Source of the DNA: Callorhinchus milii
Taxonomy: Eukaryota
Length of the DNA stretch: 64,000 nt
Direction of reading: 5' to 3'
Assembly: GCF_018977255.1 (NCBI RefSeq)
Contig: NW_024704742.1
Span: forward strand, 38,380,001 to 38,444,000
The position numbers and the translations under genes are program-made. A model generated the notes under the pieces. The model saw nothing but the letters and a program-made list of their open reading frames with translations, did no database searches and was not told the origin of the DNA. Positions 13,501 through 27,430 of the stretch are shown piece after piece. Each line of letters opens with the position of its first letter. The stretch's first letter is position 1.

Positions 13501-16500
13501 AACTTGGGTGTGGTATTTGAGAACTGCAGTTTGATTTTTGGGACAAGGATATGGAATAGGGCCTTGCACCATTCACTCAACGCATCAACCTGCTATTGCA
13601 GAATCGGCTGATTGTGTGTGATTGTTTGTGGGTGTACAACAGTATTAAAAAGAATGAGAATGCCTTAAAAAAATTGAGAACTGCAGCTATTGAACAGTTG
13701 CTGATGCCTTCAGGCAAGCTTTCTGTGAACAAATCTAAGGATGTGACTTGACTTTAGTTTTTAAGATTCAAGTTAGGCTTTTGCCACTTTGACTAGGAAA
13801 GTTACCAGAATTAACTATAATTTTAATATTAACAATAACAGTGGTCACTGTTTACCATGATACTGCAATTTTAGTCCAGTAACTTTTTTTGTATGGAAAT
13901 TCTATTGACTAGCTGGGTTCGCATTCCAATAATTTAAAGATAGTGTATTTCTTCTTCCTAAAACATTCACTGAGTTATTATTATGAATTGTTCTACTTGT
14001 ATAGCAAGGAAATGTTCGTAAGATTGTCAATTGTGCAGCCATTGATAAACTGAGTAGAAGAACGATGGGAGGTGAAAAAATAACTTACTTTAATTTTTTT
14101 TTCATTAGTTGCAACAGGCATCGTACGTTTCAATATCTAGTAACAATGGTTTCACTGCAACAACCAACATTCAGACCCAGGCAAAGTTACCAGTCAATGG
14201 GTAAGTCACTTAAAATAAAGATTAGCAGTATGTGAAGATTGTGGCATCAAGACTGAGCTCTTAGTATTTTGTAAGTTTATTTAGTTTCAATGTAGTTTAT
14301 CTCTATAATATATCGATCAGAGAGTTTCAATATAGTAAAATACCCAAATAATGTTTTCCTACAAACTGACTATATAAATCTTTAAACTTCTGAGAGCTGG
14401 ACTTAGCATTTGTATCGAAGTGTACACATTTTCTGGTCACCCGTGAAGCGCTTGAGACGCCGTGGAGGGCGCTATATAAATCCAAGTTATTGTTGTATAT
14501 AGGGACTTTGAACTTGTAGTGTAGGCTGATGTTTCATTACAATGCTGGGGGTGGGGAGGAGTGCTGCACTAAGGGAAGTGGTGTTGAGATGATAAACCAA
14601 GGTTTTGTCTGCCTGTTCAGGTGGAGGTTAAAGATTGCAGGGAATTATTTGAAAAGAGGGGTTTCTCTTATTGTCCTGGCCAACAATCTCCCTGATTAAA
14701 TATAATTGGTTATTCACTTTGGTTGCTGCATTTGCCTACAAATCCATAGTTACTATATACTTTATAGTAACATTCCGTAAAGCTCTTTGAGACATTTTGA
14801 CATAATGGGCTATATCAAATGCAATATTATTATTAATGTGGAGTACTGTAGCTTAGTTGCTTAGTCCTGTAGCTCAGTGTTGAGAGCATTCGCCTTGCAA
14901 ACAAAAGGATCTGGGTTTGATTCCCGCCATGGTGAAATGTTGGGCAAGTTTCCTTACTCCACACTCCTCTGTTTACCTAGCAGTATGTAGGAACCCGGTT
15001 GTTAATCGATCAGCGGATCGCTTTTCCGGGGTAACAACAATCCTTTCAAAAAATAAATAAATAATAATTATAATTTGGTCGTTCAATCCACAATTGTTTT
15101 GTGGGACACTGCTGTGCGCAATTGGCTGCCGCATTTCACCCGCAAAACGTACGGTCAATTCCCTTTACTGTAGATTCTTTAAAGCGCTTTGAGACATTTA
15201 GAAGACGTGATAAGGTGCTATATCAAATGCAAGTATTATTATTTACTATTGTTAGTCTCTTTACTATTTATGACTCGTACCTCATAAATCCAGGTGGGTT
15301 TTACTTTGCAAAATATTAACCATTATTACTATTAACAGGTGAATATGTATTTTTTCCATGTCTTTTAAACAGAACATCAACATCAGAATCAGGATCCCGC
15401 CCGAGGAAACCTTGTAACTGTACGAAGTCTCAGTGTCTCAAACTGTAAGTAAAACTGTTTTTATATCCTGCTTTCTTCTGAATGAAATACAGTGTTAACT
15501 TTCTCTTTTTGTAAATTTCAGAATAAAACTTTTTAAAAAAATTAGGAAGCTGTTTGTGGTCCTCCTGATGGTTCAGTGGATTTATATCAGTGAGCAGCTG
15601 AGCCATACACAGTAGGAAAGTCTCAGGTTCAATTCAAGGGTCTCAGACTGTGGATTGAAAAATCATCCATGATTCCTGCTCACTATCGAGTAATTCCTGA
15701 ACATGTGTTAAGACTGGATCTTGCTCAGCTAACCCTTAGACCTACAATTGTAATATCAGTGGGTTGTGCAAACTAGCATTAAGTCTCAGACAAATGTAAT
15801 GTGCTAGTCTAGAATGTTTTTATGTACTGATCTAGAAAATGAATGTTGGCATCTGTGTAACTGTTGATCAACTTTTTAAAAAAAAATTCAAACAGTGTCT
15901 TGTAAATGCTTTTAAAGTTGTGTGGCTTTTTAACTCTCTCCTAATCGAAGTATTTCAAACATGAAATCTACGTAACTTATTTTTTCTTGTGTCGATATGT
16001 TTTTCTTGTATATTTGCTTTCTAATTTTATGCAATTTTTTATACACTAATCTTCATGCTATTTAACTAAAGCTTCAAACTTGTCTCTGCTCATTAGATAC
16101 TGTGACTGTTTTGCTAATGGAGAGTTTTGCAATAACTGTAATTGCACCAACTGTTTCAACAACTTGGAACACGAGGCTGAGAGGCTCAAAGCAATAAAAG
16201 TGAGAAACTGTTTAAACATACACAATTACACAATAATAGTAATGTATTTTGCTATTGGAAACAATAGTTCAAAGCTTTCAGTGCATAGATTTGCGTTGTG
16301 TTTTTATGTTTTTCATAATTTTTATTAAGTTCTTGTTGAGTTTCATCTGGTTTAGAGTTGCTCAATTCAAAATAAAAAAAAGTCTGACATGGCTGTTTTT
16401 AAATTGAAACCAAACATTAACGAGATCTGTGCAAACAGTGTAGGGCACCTGACCTTATCAGTTTATACCAGTGCAGTGTTAATTGCTTTTGTTCAGAGTT

Positions 16501-19500
16501 TTATGTTCACTCATGATACATTACCAAAGGAAGGTGCTTGGAAACAGTGTAGATATATTGTGCTTTGGATTGAGAATTGTGAGTGAAAGAAATGACTCAT
16601 TATTTTAATGCATCATTTTAATACTGTTTCTAAGATCTGAAATCTCTAAACCCTTATCGGTCTCCAGGCATGCCTCGATAGAAATCCAGAAGCATTTAAA
16701 CCGAAGATTGGAAAAGGGAAGGAGGGTGAATCAGATCGACGGCATAGCAAGGGCTGCAATTGTAAAAGATCAGGGTGTCTGAAGAATTACTGTGAATGTT
16801 ATGAGGTAAGAACAGTAGCTTAGATTCTCACTATGGAAGATTCACTGCTTCTTAACCCACTTTGATAGCTTGTGTTTAAAGAAAAATTTGGATATTCTTT
16901 GAACTAATTATGCAGGATTTCTGATATTTATCACATCAACCCATTTTCTTCTACCAAAAACAACTTTACAATGTCTAAATTGAAATCTTCCTGACCTTTC
17001 TGTTCATCCACTTTGAGTGGGAGAGTTGTTAATCAGCTGAGTTAGAAAATGGAATAAAATGAGAAAAATACTAGAATTGCAGATGAGAATCTGAATGCGC
17101 ATCCTGAAAAAGACCAATTTTGGGTAAAAAGCTGCATTGGACTTAACTTGGGTAAAAGGAAAAGCTGGTTTTATAGGATAAAACAGGATACCAAGAACTG
17201 AACAAGAAAAGGAGCTTTAAGCTGAAGTTTAAAATATGAAATGGCACTATTCTGGTGCCCATTTCTCACGGCAAGGGGCTTCACAGTCCCTGACGTGATT
17301 AAATGGTACAGAACACCCCCTACTCCCAAAGAAATAGCCACACAATACGTTTCCACACCTTCATCCAACTGTCCTCAATTTTCTTCCAAACCACCAGAAT
17401 TCTTCCCGCTGCCCCAGCATTCATAATGAGAGTTGGCCTCCAGAGCCTTCCATCCCCGTAGTCTCACTTCCCCCCCTTCCATTCCTCCCCAAAGTACCCT
17501 GCAGACTCTTTGTCACCCACTCATCATCTTGGGAGGAACTCGGCCAACACAATATCACCAAGGCTTAAGCTCCCAATGAGAAACTGGCCATTTTTGTTTT
17601 GCAAGCTAAAATGCATATTGGATTGATCCAAATCTGAAAAAGACCAGCCACTCACCGCTGATGTCACTTCCTGCTTCACTAATGCACAGCACAGTATGAA
17701 ATTACGTTGACCCAATGAACCAAAAGTCAGTCATTATAGCCGTCCAGCACATAGGGAAATGACCAGTCCAGCTACACACACGCACAATGAACAGAGCCCA
17801 CAGTGTAATGGGGTTTTGAATGAGTTTGTGTTGCAGTGAAGCAAGTTATTATAATGGGGCTGCACTGCAGTTCTTTCCATGCAGGTTGAACTTTGGTTAA
17901 ATGAAATAGTAAATTTTTGTCACCTTTTTATTATTTCTAAAGGGAAAGTTAATCGGTTGGGCTGCATTTCCCATTTAGTTCCATACTTATTTGAAAGTAT
18001 CCTAATTTGCTTGTGTGTAATTGTTAACCTTTTTTATTTGTATTTATTACAAATAAGCCCTATATTGAAAAGAATGCAGTAACCAAACACAAAAAGGGTC
18101 AAGTGCAATACAATGTGCATTTATATCGCTGCTTTCATGTCTGGAAATCCAAACTGGGAATTTTGCTGGGAATCCAAGCTGTTGGAGGAGGGCAGAATGG
18201 GAGCAAAGTAATTGGTTACTTTCAGATTGTGATATGTTGGAGAAGATGTAAGAGTTTGTACCTAAGGCAAACATCAGTGTAACGGTAAGAAATTCTAGGA
18301 AATCTCAATTTTTTAAAAAAAAAACTATTGCAATGGGAACGCACAAGCTAATGTTAGGAAGGATTTTAAGAAAATACAGGGAATCCTAATGATAATGCAC
18401 CCAGCTTAGCGTGGATTCACTTATAGTGCAGGTGTATTTTTGATCCTCACTATGCCAGAAGTGCAGTGTATTTTTGGAGCTGACTGGCAGCTTACTTCAT
18501 GCTATGCACAGGAAGTGCCACTAAAGTCTTCTTGTGCACAAAATGCTGATGATATTTTGCAAGGGAAGTTACGTCAGTGGCAAGTTGACAAGTGCTAATG
18601 AACTGCCGATTTTTAGCATATCATCTTACAATGGGGGTCTGAGTTTATCAACCACAGGTTATCACAGTATCACCCTGTCATCCTGTAATATGGCTCAAGC
18701 CATCAGAAATAAAAACAGAAAATTTTGGAAGTCCATGACCGAAATAATTGGCATTTGGAAGACAGACCCAATACAGATTGTTAACATAAACCTGTCCCTC
18801 TCCTCCAGACACTGACTCCCCTGCCACACACTCCCAGCACCTCAGTCCGCACTTTAGGCTTAAAATTTGTATATCACGCTGCTGTTGTTCTTGGTATACA
18901 TTAATTACTTAGATTTGTAGACTTAGTGTAAAATGGTTACATTTTCAGTTATCACCAAGCTGGGGGGAGGGTGCTACAATGAATGACAAAATACCAGCAG
19001 AGCCAGGTGTCAACTAGTATGATGAAAGCAGAGGTATTGGGGGGAAGGGAGGGGAAATGAGACACTGAAGGGCTTTGTGGAAATCTACGCTGCTAGTTAT
19101 AACAGTGAACATTATGTTCACTTGGCAGAATATTGTATAACCAGTAGTTTTTTGCTGCCCACTTAATTTTGTTTCATTCATTCTTGGAATTTTTTGAGTG
19201 AAACTAAATAGTTTGTGAAAAATAAATAAATTAAAGCCTACCTTTGCTTTAATGGGTAGAGAAATGAAGGCCTTCAAGGCTCTACAAAAATATAGGGTCA
19301 CAAAGCAAGAGTTGGGGCCCGTTCCATTAAAAAAGTGGTGCTGAATTAAATAGGTTTATATTACTGAATGTAACCTCCAGGCTCGTGCCTAGCTAAGTGT
19401 TTATTCGGTTCCTGTTTCAAGAAATTTGTAAATGCTACAGAAACTTATTTTGCTGGAAGTTTGCTCTATATTCCACTTCTCTACGGGGAATACTATTCAA

Positions 19501-22274
19501 ACCATTTAGGCTCATTAATGGAAACCTTGTTGTTCTTGGTATACATTAATTACTTGGATTTGTAGACTTGGTGTAATTAATTATAATAATCCTTGTATTT
19601 GTTATAGCTCCTTATGCAGTTGAGACATCTCAAAGCGCTTCACAGTCATATACTGTGAAGTGGATTCATTGTGTGTTTTGTGGCAGAAACGTGACGCCGA
19701 AATCGCAAGCTGCCGAAACCCTCATAAACACATTCATAACATTGAGGCTTGACTATGCAAACTCCCTGCTTGTCGGCCTCCCCAACTCCTCCCTCCAGAG
19801 GCTGCAGATCATCCAGAACTCTGCAGCCCGTGTCCTCTCCCGCACCAGGCTCCGCGACCCTATCACCCCCATCCTTGCCCGACTCCACTGGCTTCCCATC
19901 ACACAGAGGATACAGTTCAAGAACTTGGTCCTCACCTTCAAAGCCCTCCGTGGCCTTGCTCCCCCTTACCTCTGCGACCTCCTAACCCCCTACCATCCTG
20001 CCTGCTCCCTCTGCTCAGTGGGCTGCGGCCTGCTTTGTGTTACCCGCCTCACAAGCTGCCAAAACCCTCATACACGCATTCATAACATCCAGGCTTGACT
20101 ATGTAAATTCCTTGAAGTCCCTCCAGCTCGCCCCCTCCCTTGCCTCCTTCTAGACCCATCTCAAGACTCTCCTCTTCGACCATACTTTCGATCACCCTCC
20201 TTTCCCCCCCCGGCCCTCCATCCTACCAATCCCAACCCTCAGCTTGGGTCCAAAACACTGACTGCCTTGGGACATCTCCCAACGTGAAAGGCGATATACA
20301 AATGTATTGTTATTGAAACTGCAAAGAATTCTGTGGTGATTCACTTTATATCCCCTTATTGGATAAGGCCTTTCAATATACGGATTGGCTGGAAAGAGTG
20401 ACGTATTTAATGGAAAACAATTGTTTTGTTTGTCAGATATTCTGCAAAATTAAAAACAGCATAAGTTGCCTAAATTTTAAACCAGATACTAACTTAAAAA
20501 GTGCATATTTCTACGTGAACTGGATTAAGGGCTGCTAGGGTAAAAGATCAATTGGAGACGTCTGGATATCTACTCAGTCACGAGGCTTTAACTTGGTGTT
20601 AACTGCAAAGCTGAAAAAGAGGTCATTTAATAACAAACTTCCGAGGCAAAAGATGCTCATCAGACATGAGGTGACCAGGTGGAGGTTTTGATCATCTTCT
20701 GAGGAACTTGTTGAGAAATTACAATGCACTGTACACAGGGAGACAATTCTGTACATCTTTTTAATAAACGAATGAATCTCTCTCTTCCTTGGTCCCGTAA
20801 AATTTACTTCAGTTGTTCAATGATCTTTACCAACTAAAAAATGGTGAGGACTGAGTGAAATGCACTGGATTGAGCTGTAACCTTTCTTCTCATTGTACTC
20901 CTATTCATTAGGCAAAGATCATGTGTTCCTCAATATGTAAATGTATTGGCTGCAAGAATTTTGAAGAGAGCCCCGAGCGTAAGACATTGATGCATTTGGC
21001 AGATGCCGCAGAAGTGCGAGTTCAACAACAGACGGCTGCAAAAACCAAGCTCTCCTCACAGATCTCGGACCTGCTCACCAGAACCATGCCAACAGCCACA
21101 AGTGGAGGAGGAAAGTAAGTGACTAGCGCCTCATGGTCTTTGGGATCTGGGTTATATTTCAGATTTCTATCTCCTAACATATCCAACTTAGCTCCTAGTG
21201 GGAAAGGCATTGCTCAGTGTGTTACTAAGTCATACAAACCAGAATGCTGCGGATTTGATTCTCAATCTGCACTGAGTTAGCTTATCTCAGGTTGGGAGCT
21301 ACAGTTGTTCATAACATTACTGGGTATTGGAATGAAAAATCATCCAGTATTATTATTTAGTAACACCTGCTGGAAAGGTCATGTGTGTGGACCTTGTGTG
21401 CGAACCGAATCTGGCTCATCTTTTTGAATAGCCTCTTGGGAGTTGCTGTCTAGGCTCGAACATGAAAAAAATACTTGAGGGATGAGGTGCAGGCATCTGT
21501 AGGACCAAAAATGTCAGCATCGTCAGGCAAAAAGGGGCAAAAAAAAGTACAAATGATTTGAGGTTTGTTGATGCATAAATTGTGAATAATAATATTATTA
21601 TGTGATTTAAAATATAGCTTTCCTAAGTGGCAGTTCTTCCGAGTGTGAGGTTGGACAATGAATGTCGATTTGACATGAGCAACACAGCTCAACCTGGACA
21701 GGCTAGAAGGACAGCCTACCATGGTCTGTTCCCGTCCTATACATCCCATCCCAGGTGCCTTTGAAATCCTTCCCAATGTGAAAGGCATTATATACATGTA
21801 AATATGGATTATTTCCATGTTCTGTCTTTACCTTGACATCCATATATCCATACTTTCCTTCAGTGGTCACTCGATGGTGATCAGCAGGAAGAGCTGCCTT
21901 TTTATTTTTGTCTCTCCACAATGCACTCCTGTGGTGAATTGTAGCTGCCTCAGCTAACTCAGGACAGAGGGTGTATTGTACCTTAGACATAAATTGACGT
22001 GCTCACCATGGCTTTACCAACTGAACACTTTAGTAACTTGTCCATTTTTGATCATATGGTTTCCTTTTTCAGGTTACCATTCACATTTGTAACGAAGGAA
22101 GTCACAGAAGCGACATGCGAGTGTCTCCTGGCAAAAGCCGAGGAAGCTGAGAAGACCAACAAGTCGAAAGCAGTCACTGAGCGCATGATTCTGGAGGAGT
22201 TTGGGCGGTGTTTAATGCGAATCATAAATTCAGCAGGAAAAGCGAAAGGAGACTCCTGTGCTCTGAGTTGCTAA
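4384..22274 (+). CDS. LIN54: LIN54 (DREAM/MuvB core component, tesmin/CXC domain); 5'-partial, 10 coding exons in window
   Basis: Phase-consistent exons 4384-4512, 8965-9175, 10717-10787, 12710-12904, 14109-14200, 15373-15444, 16097-16199, 16668-16805, 20912-21114, 22073-22274. They encode two CXC domains ([62 protein letters not shown]), the [11 protein letters not shown] hinge and the C-terminal [10 protein letters not shown]...ILEEFGRCL motif. Confidence 0.96.
6331..6869 (+). mobile_element. Non-autonomous Helitron
   Basis: A|TC 5' end, CTAG|T 3' end, subterminal hairpin GTTGCAG-gcgaag-CTGCAAC 6838-6857. Confidence 0.65.
6904..8010 (-). mobile_element. CR1-clade LINE 3' fragment
   Basis: [22 protein letters not shown]...[28 protein letters not shown]. 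Confidence 0.9.
8965..9175 (+). CDS. LIN54: LIN54 exon (TMKPAVP...[10 protein letters not shown]...SKFHYVRLV)
   Basis: cag| ... |gtttg, conserved KTIIPLA / SKFHYVRLV motifs. Confidence 0.9.
10717..10787 (+). CDS. LIN54: LIN54 exon ([15 protein letters not shown]...)
   Basis: ccag| ... |gtgagt, phase 1-0 matches neighbouring exons. Confidence 0.85.
11898..12462. repeat. Unclassified interspersed repeat (copies also at ~31085-31480 and ~60900-61000)
   Basis: Colinear similarity, e.g. CCTGCTTAGCTAATTCCGGA and GCCTGGCTCAGGAACC...GTCACCTTGGAGCC. Confidence 0.7.
12710..12904 (+). CDS. LIN54: LIN54 exon (VAPK...[18 protein letters not shown]...QYVTQ), GC donor
   Basis: ttag| ... CAG|gcaagt, 195 nt. 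Confidence 0.9.
14109..14200 (+). CDS. LIN54: LIN54 exon (LQQASYVSI...LPVNG)
   Basis: ttag| ... |gtaagt, phase 0-2. Confidence 0.88.
14840..15243 (+). mobile_element. tRNA-derived SINE with L2-type tail
   Basis: A/B-box head, tail GTGATAAGGTGCTATATCAAATGCAAGTATTATT. Confidence 0.85.
15373..15444 (+). CDS. LIN54: LIN54 exon, start of CXC1 ([17 protein letters not shown])
   Basis: acag| ... |gtaagt. Confidence 0.95.
16097..16199 (+). CDS. LIN54: LIN54 exon, CXC1 ([22 protein letters not shown]...)
   Basis: ttag| ... |gtgaga. Confidence 0.95.
16668..16805 (+). CDS. LIN54: LIN54 exon, hinge and CXC2 ([15 protein letters not shown]...CECYE)
   Basis: ccag| ... |gtaaga. Confidence 0.96.
19700..20314 (+). 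mobile_element. L2 3' fragment
   Basis: [14 protein letters not shown]...LHWLPI; L2 tail. Confidence 0.85.
20912..21114 (+). CDS. LIN54: LIN54 exon ([40 protein letters not shown]...)
   Basis: ttag| ... |gtaagt. Confidence 0.96.
22073..22274 (+). CDS. LIN54: LIN54 last coding exon ([10 protein letters not shown]...CALSC*)
   Basis: Polypyrimidine tract + cag, ends at TAA 22272-22274. Confidence 0.95.
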
Positions 22275-25200
22275 TCCGCGTGTACTACATCCGTGGAGCA
22301 GGCGGGCAGGAATGGGTGAAAGCTCTAAAACAATGCTTTTTTAAAGCCAAAACGTTTGGGGCTTGTCGAATATACAACTGTACAGCTATCTGAGACTTTC
22401 AATAAGTCAGATTATTCCTACTTCTTGGCAGACTCTCTGTACGTTGTCTAATTGAGGTGCCTTTTTTTAAAAGACTTGAGATACAAGAGTTGGTATACAG
22501 AATAAAATTATTGTGTGAATATGCAAATCCCTCATGAAAGATACACTCTGTGTTGATGCTGGTGGTGACATTTTTATTTCTGTTAATTTTTATGCCCCTC
22601 TATGAACGGCTGTTTTCCTTTACTTCCCTCAAGGGTTCCTGCAGCGGCAAGGGAATGTGAGGCATCAACCCTTCCTCCCCTCCCCCACCCTCTGCTGCCA
22701 AATTATAGTCCTTCACCTTTACTTGTTAATAGGAGCACCAGGACAAGAATTCAGTTATTCCCATGGCAATTGCATTTAAAAATCCATTGGGGAGTAGGGA
22801 AGGAAAATGTTCTGGTTGAAAAGGTATCCATGGTGAATGTGTACACATTTATTTTCTAAATGAAAGCATAACCCATTTGTTTATTTGGAAAGCACTATCG
22901 ATGGTTAACCGAACTGCTTCATCTTGCATTGGACATTTTTTTTTGCCTGTGTTCAGTGACTGTCCATAGCAGTGTGCTTATCATACTTGCAATCAATTGG
23001 AAGATTCACTTAATGTCTGGAATTGAAGAACTCTACATACAGTAGATACTCTGGGGAACAGATTATCAATGCTCCTTATCTTACAACTCTGAAAACCCCC
23101 GATGAGGCCAGGACTAAGCAAATGTTGCATCAAGTCCGCAATTTAATACAGCAGGGTGACACAGCATGTTTGTACGCAGACTGGTGAACAAAGTAGTGGA
23201 AATTTTGTGCACAGTTACAGCCATGTTGCTGTAGGGCATTGGTGGCCAACCCGTGGCCCGCCGAATATTTGCACTTGTCCAGGTGAGTCTGTTTTAAGTC
23301 AATGTTTTGTTTCCAGTTTCTTGCTGATGGAATGTTTCTTGATTTATGCCTGAATGGAGAAATATTCAAATCAAGAAAATTCATTTTGTTGGCTGACCAC
23401 TGCTTTAGGGAATGGAGGCAGTTTCCTGCAAAGGAGGAAAATTCAAGTAATCTTCTCTGGGTTGCTCTTGCACGCACCCTGGTGGCTAGTTTAAACCATC
23501 ACTGGTAGAGGCTATGGATCCTTTGCTGTGAGAACAGTTCAGGAAAGATGAAAACATATTGGAATAAGGTATCTTGTTTTTTTAAATAAAAATAAATTTG
23601 CTAAGCTTATCTGGGATGGTGGTGAGCAAGATAACCTGAATGTTTTCAAGTATAAGATATCGACTTGCAAGTACTTTTTTTTTTGTTAAGCTTTCTTCCT
23701 GTCCCTTCAAAAACTGATAGCCATTTCAAGGATTGGAAATCTGCGACCTAAACTGAGAATTTCTGTGCTCATAAAATCTTGGTTGTCTCCATGTACTGTG
23801 ACAGTGTAAAGTATGAGACAGCAGAATCCCACCATTAGTCTTAAACGTAAAGCAACTAAATACAGTAGAGATTAAGTAGTACAGTTATTGTCTAATTTGG
23901 CATAACCAGTAAAATTACACAATATCATGCAGGGGGAGGGAAAATCTGTCCAGAATATTGTCACATGAGTAAACGTGCCGTTGCAGAAACCTGTATTAAT
24001 TTTATGTTGCCTGGTTTTATGGACCTTGATGACCTGACCTTCAAATTAACCTGTAGCCGTAAGAGAAGACAAATTGCTGCCACCAGTGGTTCTATCATTA
24101 CTGTGTTCTTTACAACTTTTATTTGTCACAAATGTTTTTGTTCTTTATTGCTATTTTCATATAACTTAAGAAAAAGCCTGCTAAGATACTGAAAGACAAA
24201 GATGTTTTTAAAATGTATTTTTACAGAATGCTAGTACAGGGTATTTGTTAGATAATAATTAAAACCCATACCTGCCTTAGGTCATTTATACTGAGCAAGT
24301 GATAGTGTATAAAATGTACATTTGCAGCTAACTGACCCTCAAGCTTGTACTTTATCAGGTAACAAGCTGGGATGTGCATTGTCTTTCTGTACCATGCTTG
24401 TAATCAAAATGCTTTACTAATTTGTATATATTCCGTGTTTTCGTCTTCTTGCACCTGTATGATGTGTATTTAAATATTGTGTACAAAAAAGATTTTGGTT
24501 ATCAAAGGAATTTGGACTATGTGTAGATTGTGAAAATGGTGTGAAAATTGATGTGACTATTTTCTTGGCATTGATTTTGCAGTTTTAATACCTTTTTTCA
24601 GTGAGTTTTCCACCATTCTGAGTGCGTGGGGACTGTACTTCCACATTATTGGATGTGTGTGTATTTTTTTTGTCTCACACTCGTCACATACAATGCAAGG
24701 TTATTTATCAGGACTACCCCCCCCGCCCGCCCGCCCCCCTCCACATCTAGTATTAAATTTAATCGCAGGCAGTTGCTTACCCAAGAAGGATGACAATAAC
24801 AATGGATGTTAAATACACTTGCTTAATTTAATTTTAGATAATGAAAAATGGGAGTGTTGCAGAACATAAATTTTCATTTAGTAATATTTCAGTTACAAGT
24901 GATTGTTAATATTGTTTTTAATATATATATATCCTGGGACAGCATAGCTTTTAACATGTCAGGCAGATGTCTGAACAATCAGTACCTGAGCTGATATTCC
25001 AAATTAAACTCATCAGAAACCAGCCACTAGATTTGGGGATTTCAAATACAAAGTTGTATGATACCTACTTTGAGGTTGAAGCACATATTATGTAGCATAG
25101 ATAAGTACACATTATGTGGCATGGAAAATGTGTAAGGAAAGTTATGACGTTCATAAATTGAAAGTCAATTGTAATGAATTCCCCTACTTTCAATAAGAAT

Positions 25201-27430
25201 TTCTTGGGAGAATTTTTCTCCACTAAAGAATTGTGGGGTGTGGAATGCCCTGTCAAGCGAGGTAGTAGACAGAGTCCTTTGTGGGTTTCAAGCAGGAATC
25301 AGACAAGAATATGAAAAATCGAGGCTTGAGGGTATAAGGGGATAATGTGGGACAGTGAGATTGAATGAACACCTTTCTCTGTGAGCTTTCTATGATTGTA
25401 GGATTTTATTCGATTAGTTGAAAACAGCAGAGAAAGCTGTACAGATTCCCTATGCTATTATTCCAGCAGCTACAGAAAGTGCCTACTTATAAAGAGCAAA
25501 GCTAAAAAGTATTCTGTTCCAACCCCTGTTTTATATTAAAAAAAACGTCATCACTCCTAAAGTCAGCAAATAGTGTTTAAACAAGATGTACCATGAATCC
25601 CATTTGGCATTAGCTGGCCCTTCACAGAAGCTCAGTCTTTTTTATATGGTTTTTAATATGATTTTAGTAACTCAGATTAGTAAAGTTTGAGAGATTTTCA
25701 GAATACTTTTTTTTTAAAAATGCCCTGTGTAGGTAATCCCAGGTTACCTTTTACAAATTCCTAAAAAAATTGCCAGCATTTTGTAAAAGCCTGGGAAAAT
25801 GGCACGGTTGTTAGTGGATAACCCAAATGTAGGGAATAATTTCATACCTTTAAATTTGAAAATTGGTTACATCTTGGGGCGTTTGTTTTCAGTTACCTTT
25901 TGTGCTCCTTTCTTCCCCTGACTTAATCTTTACATACCATTTGGTAAATGAGAGAGCAAGCAGCATGTGACTCTGGGTTGTAACTTGCAACTTACTATTC
26001 AATTCAGCAGCAAGAAAATACTTATCTGTTGGGGTTTCATGTGTTATAGGAAGTTTGTGAAGTCATGTTATTGTGAATCTGTGTACTAATTCTCAGAGCC
26101 ACACTGCATTGACCCATCAATACATCTTGTAGAGACAACTATTACAGGCACATGATGTAGTCCCACATTGTGTTGGTGCTCGATTGAATACAGGTTCATA
26201 GAATTACATAATATTATACATAGAACCTTACAGCACACAAATTCGACATTCAGCCCAACTAGTCCATGCTGTTGTATTCCACATGAACTGCCACCCCTCC
26301 TAATCCCCTCTCCCATACCCCTTGATTTTGTTTTGCTTATGGATGCATCAGATATTCTCTTAATTCAGTCATTGCCATAGCGGGTATATCAAACTGAGTC
26401 ATCCTCTGGATGCTCTTACATCACTCCCACTGTCTGTTACAGTGCGACTCTGGGAGCAGGTTAGCCATTAATGGTGCATAGCCCATGGAATCCTTAGGCA
26501 AAAGTTTCTTCCCCAGAAAAAGTATATTAAATCGGCTGTAGAAGTGCCAAACAGTCCTCAACATCAGCTTCCTGTGATGCATTGCATTTAATAATACTCA
26601 AATAATCTTTCCCCACACCCCAGAATAATAAACCCATGATCCTTACCCTGTTGAATAGGCGTCTTTCAAATGTCGGTTCCTAAATTTTAGCCCAATTACA
26701 GATCGTGTTCAGATATTTTTTAGTTTTTTTAATTGACCTACAATTTTTGATAATTGCGTGTGATAAGAGTGAACGAGCAGTCTTACAAAATTGGTAAAAT
26801 CATGGTGGTACCCTAATTGAACATGTATATCCTTTTCAAACAAATCTTTAAAAAAGACCTTGCTGATAAATAGAGAAGTTTTACTACACATCTACAGGAT
26901 GTAGATGTGTAGAACATTTTCGTATTGGACTTTTTAAATGTATACTTATGGTGTGTTCTGAGCAAAAGAAAATTGGATAAACTGACCATTTTTTTTAAAG
27001 AAGGATGTGCTCTTTTAGACTTTGTACATTGTAGTTGCTCTTATTACACATTTGTGTGTTGCAATCCACTATTTCTTTGCCTTTTTGACATGACGAGGGG
27101 GTGTGATTGGGAGTCCTGTTCACTGGTTAGAGTGCTAATAACTGGTTTCATATTCAGATTGTCTCACTACTGTGTTTTTGCTAATTTTCCCCATACCCAA
27201 AAGTGTCTATTTGTATATATATAATATATAAAAATATCTAATACTTTTATTTTGTAAATCTCCTGTTTTTAATGGTTAGCACTTTTATTTTATATTGAGG
27301 AGTATATTGAAAGTGGTGTATGTACCAAATGTTCAGGCTTCTACACTGCTTGTTGATCTTAGAGGGAATCATTTTACATTTGTACAGCACTTATTTCTAT
27401 TGAAAATAAAGCAACTTTAAGTACAATAGC
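22275..27430 (+). other. Probable long (~5.1 kb) LIN54 3'UTR ending near AATAAA 27405-27410
   Basis: Repeat-poor, U-rich, TGTA-rich sequence; TGTATATA (Pumilio-type) at 24423 and 27212; distal AATAAA. The end point is inferred. Confidence 0.5.
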
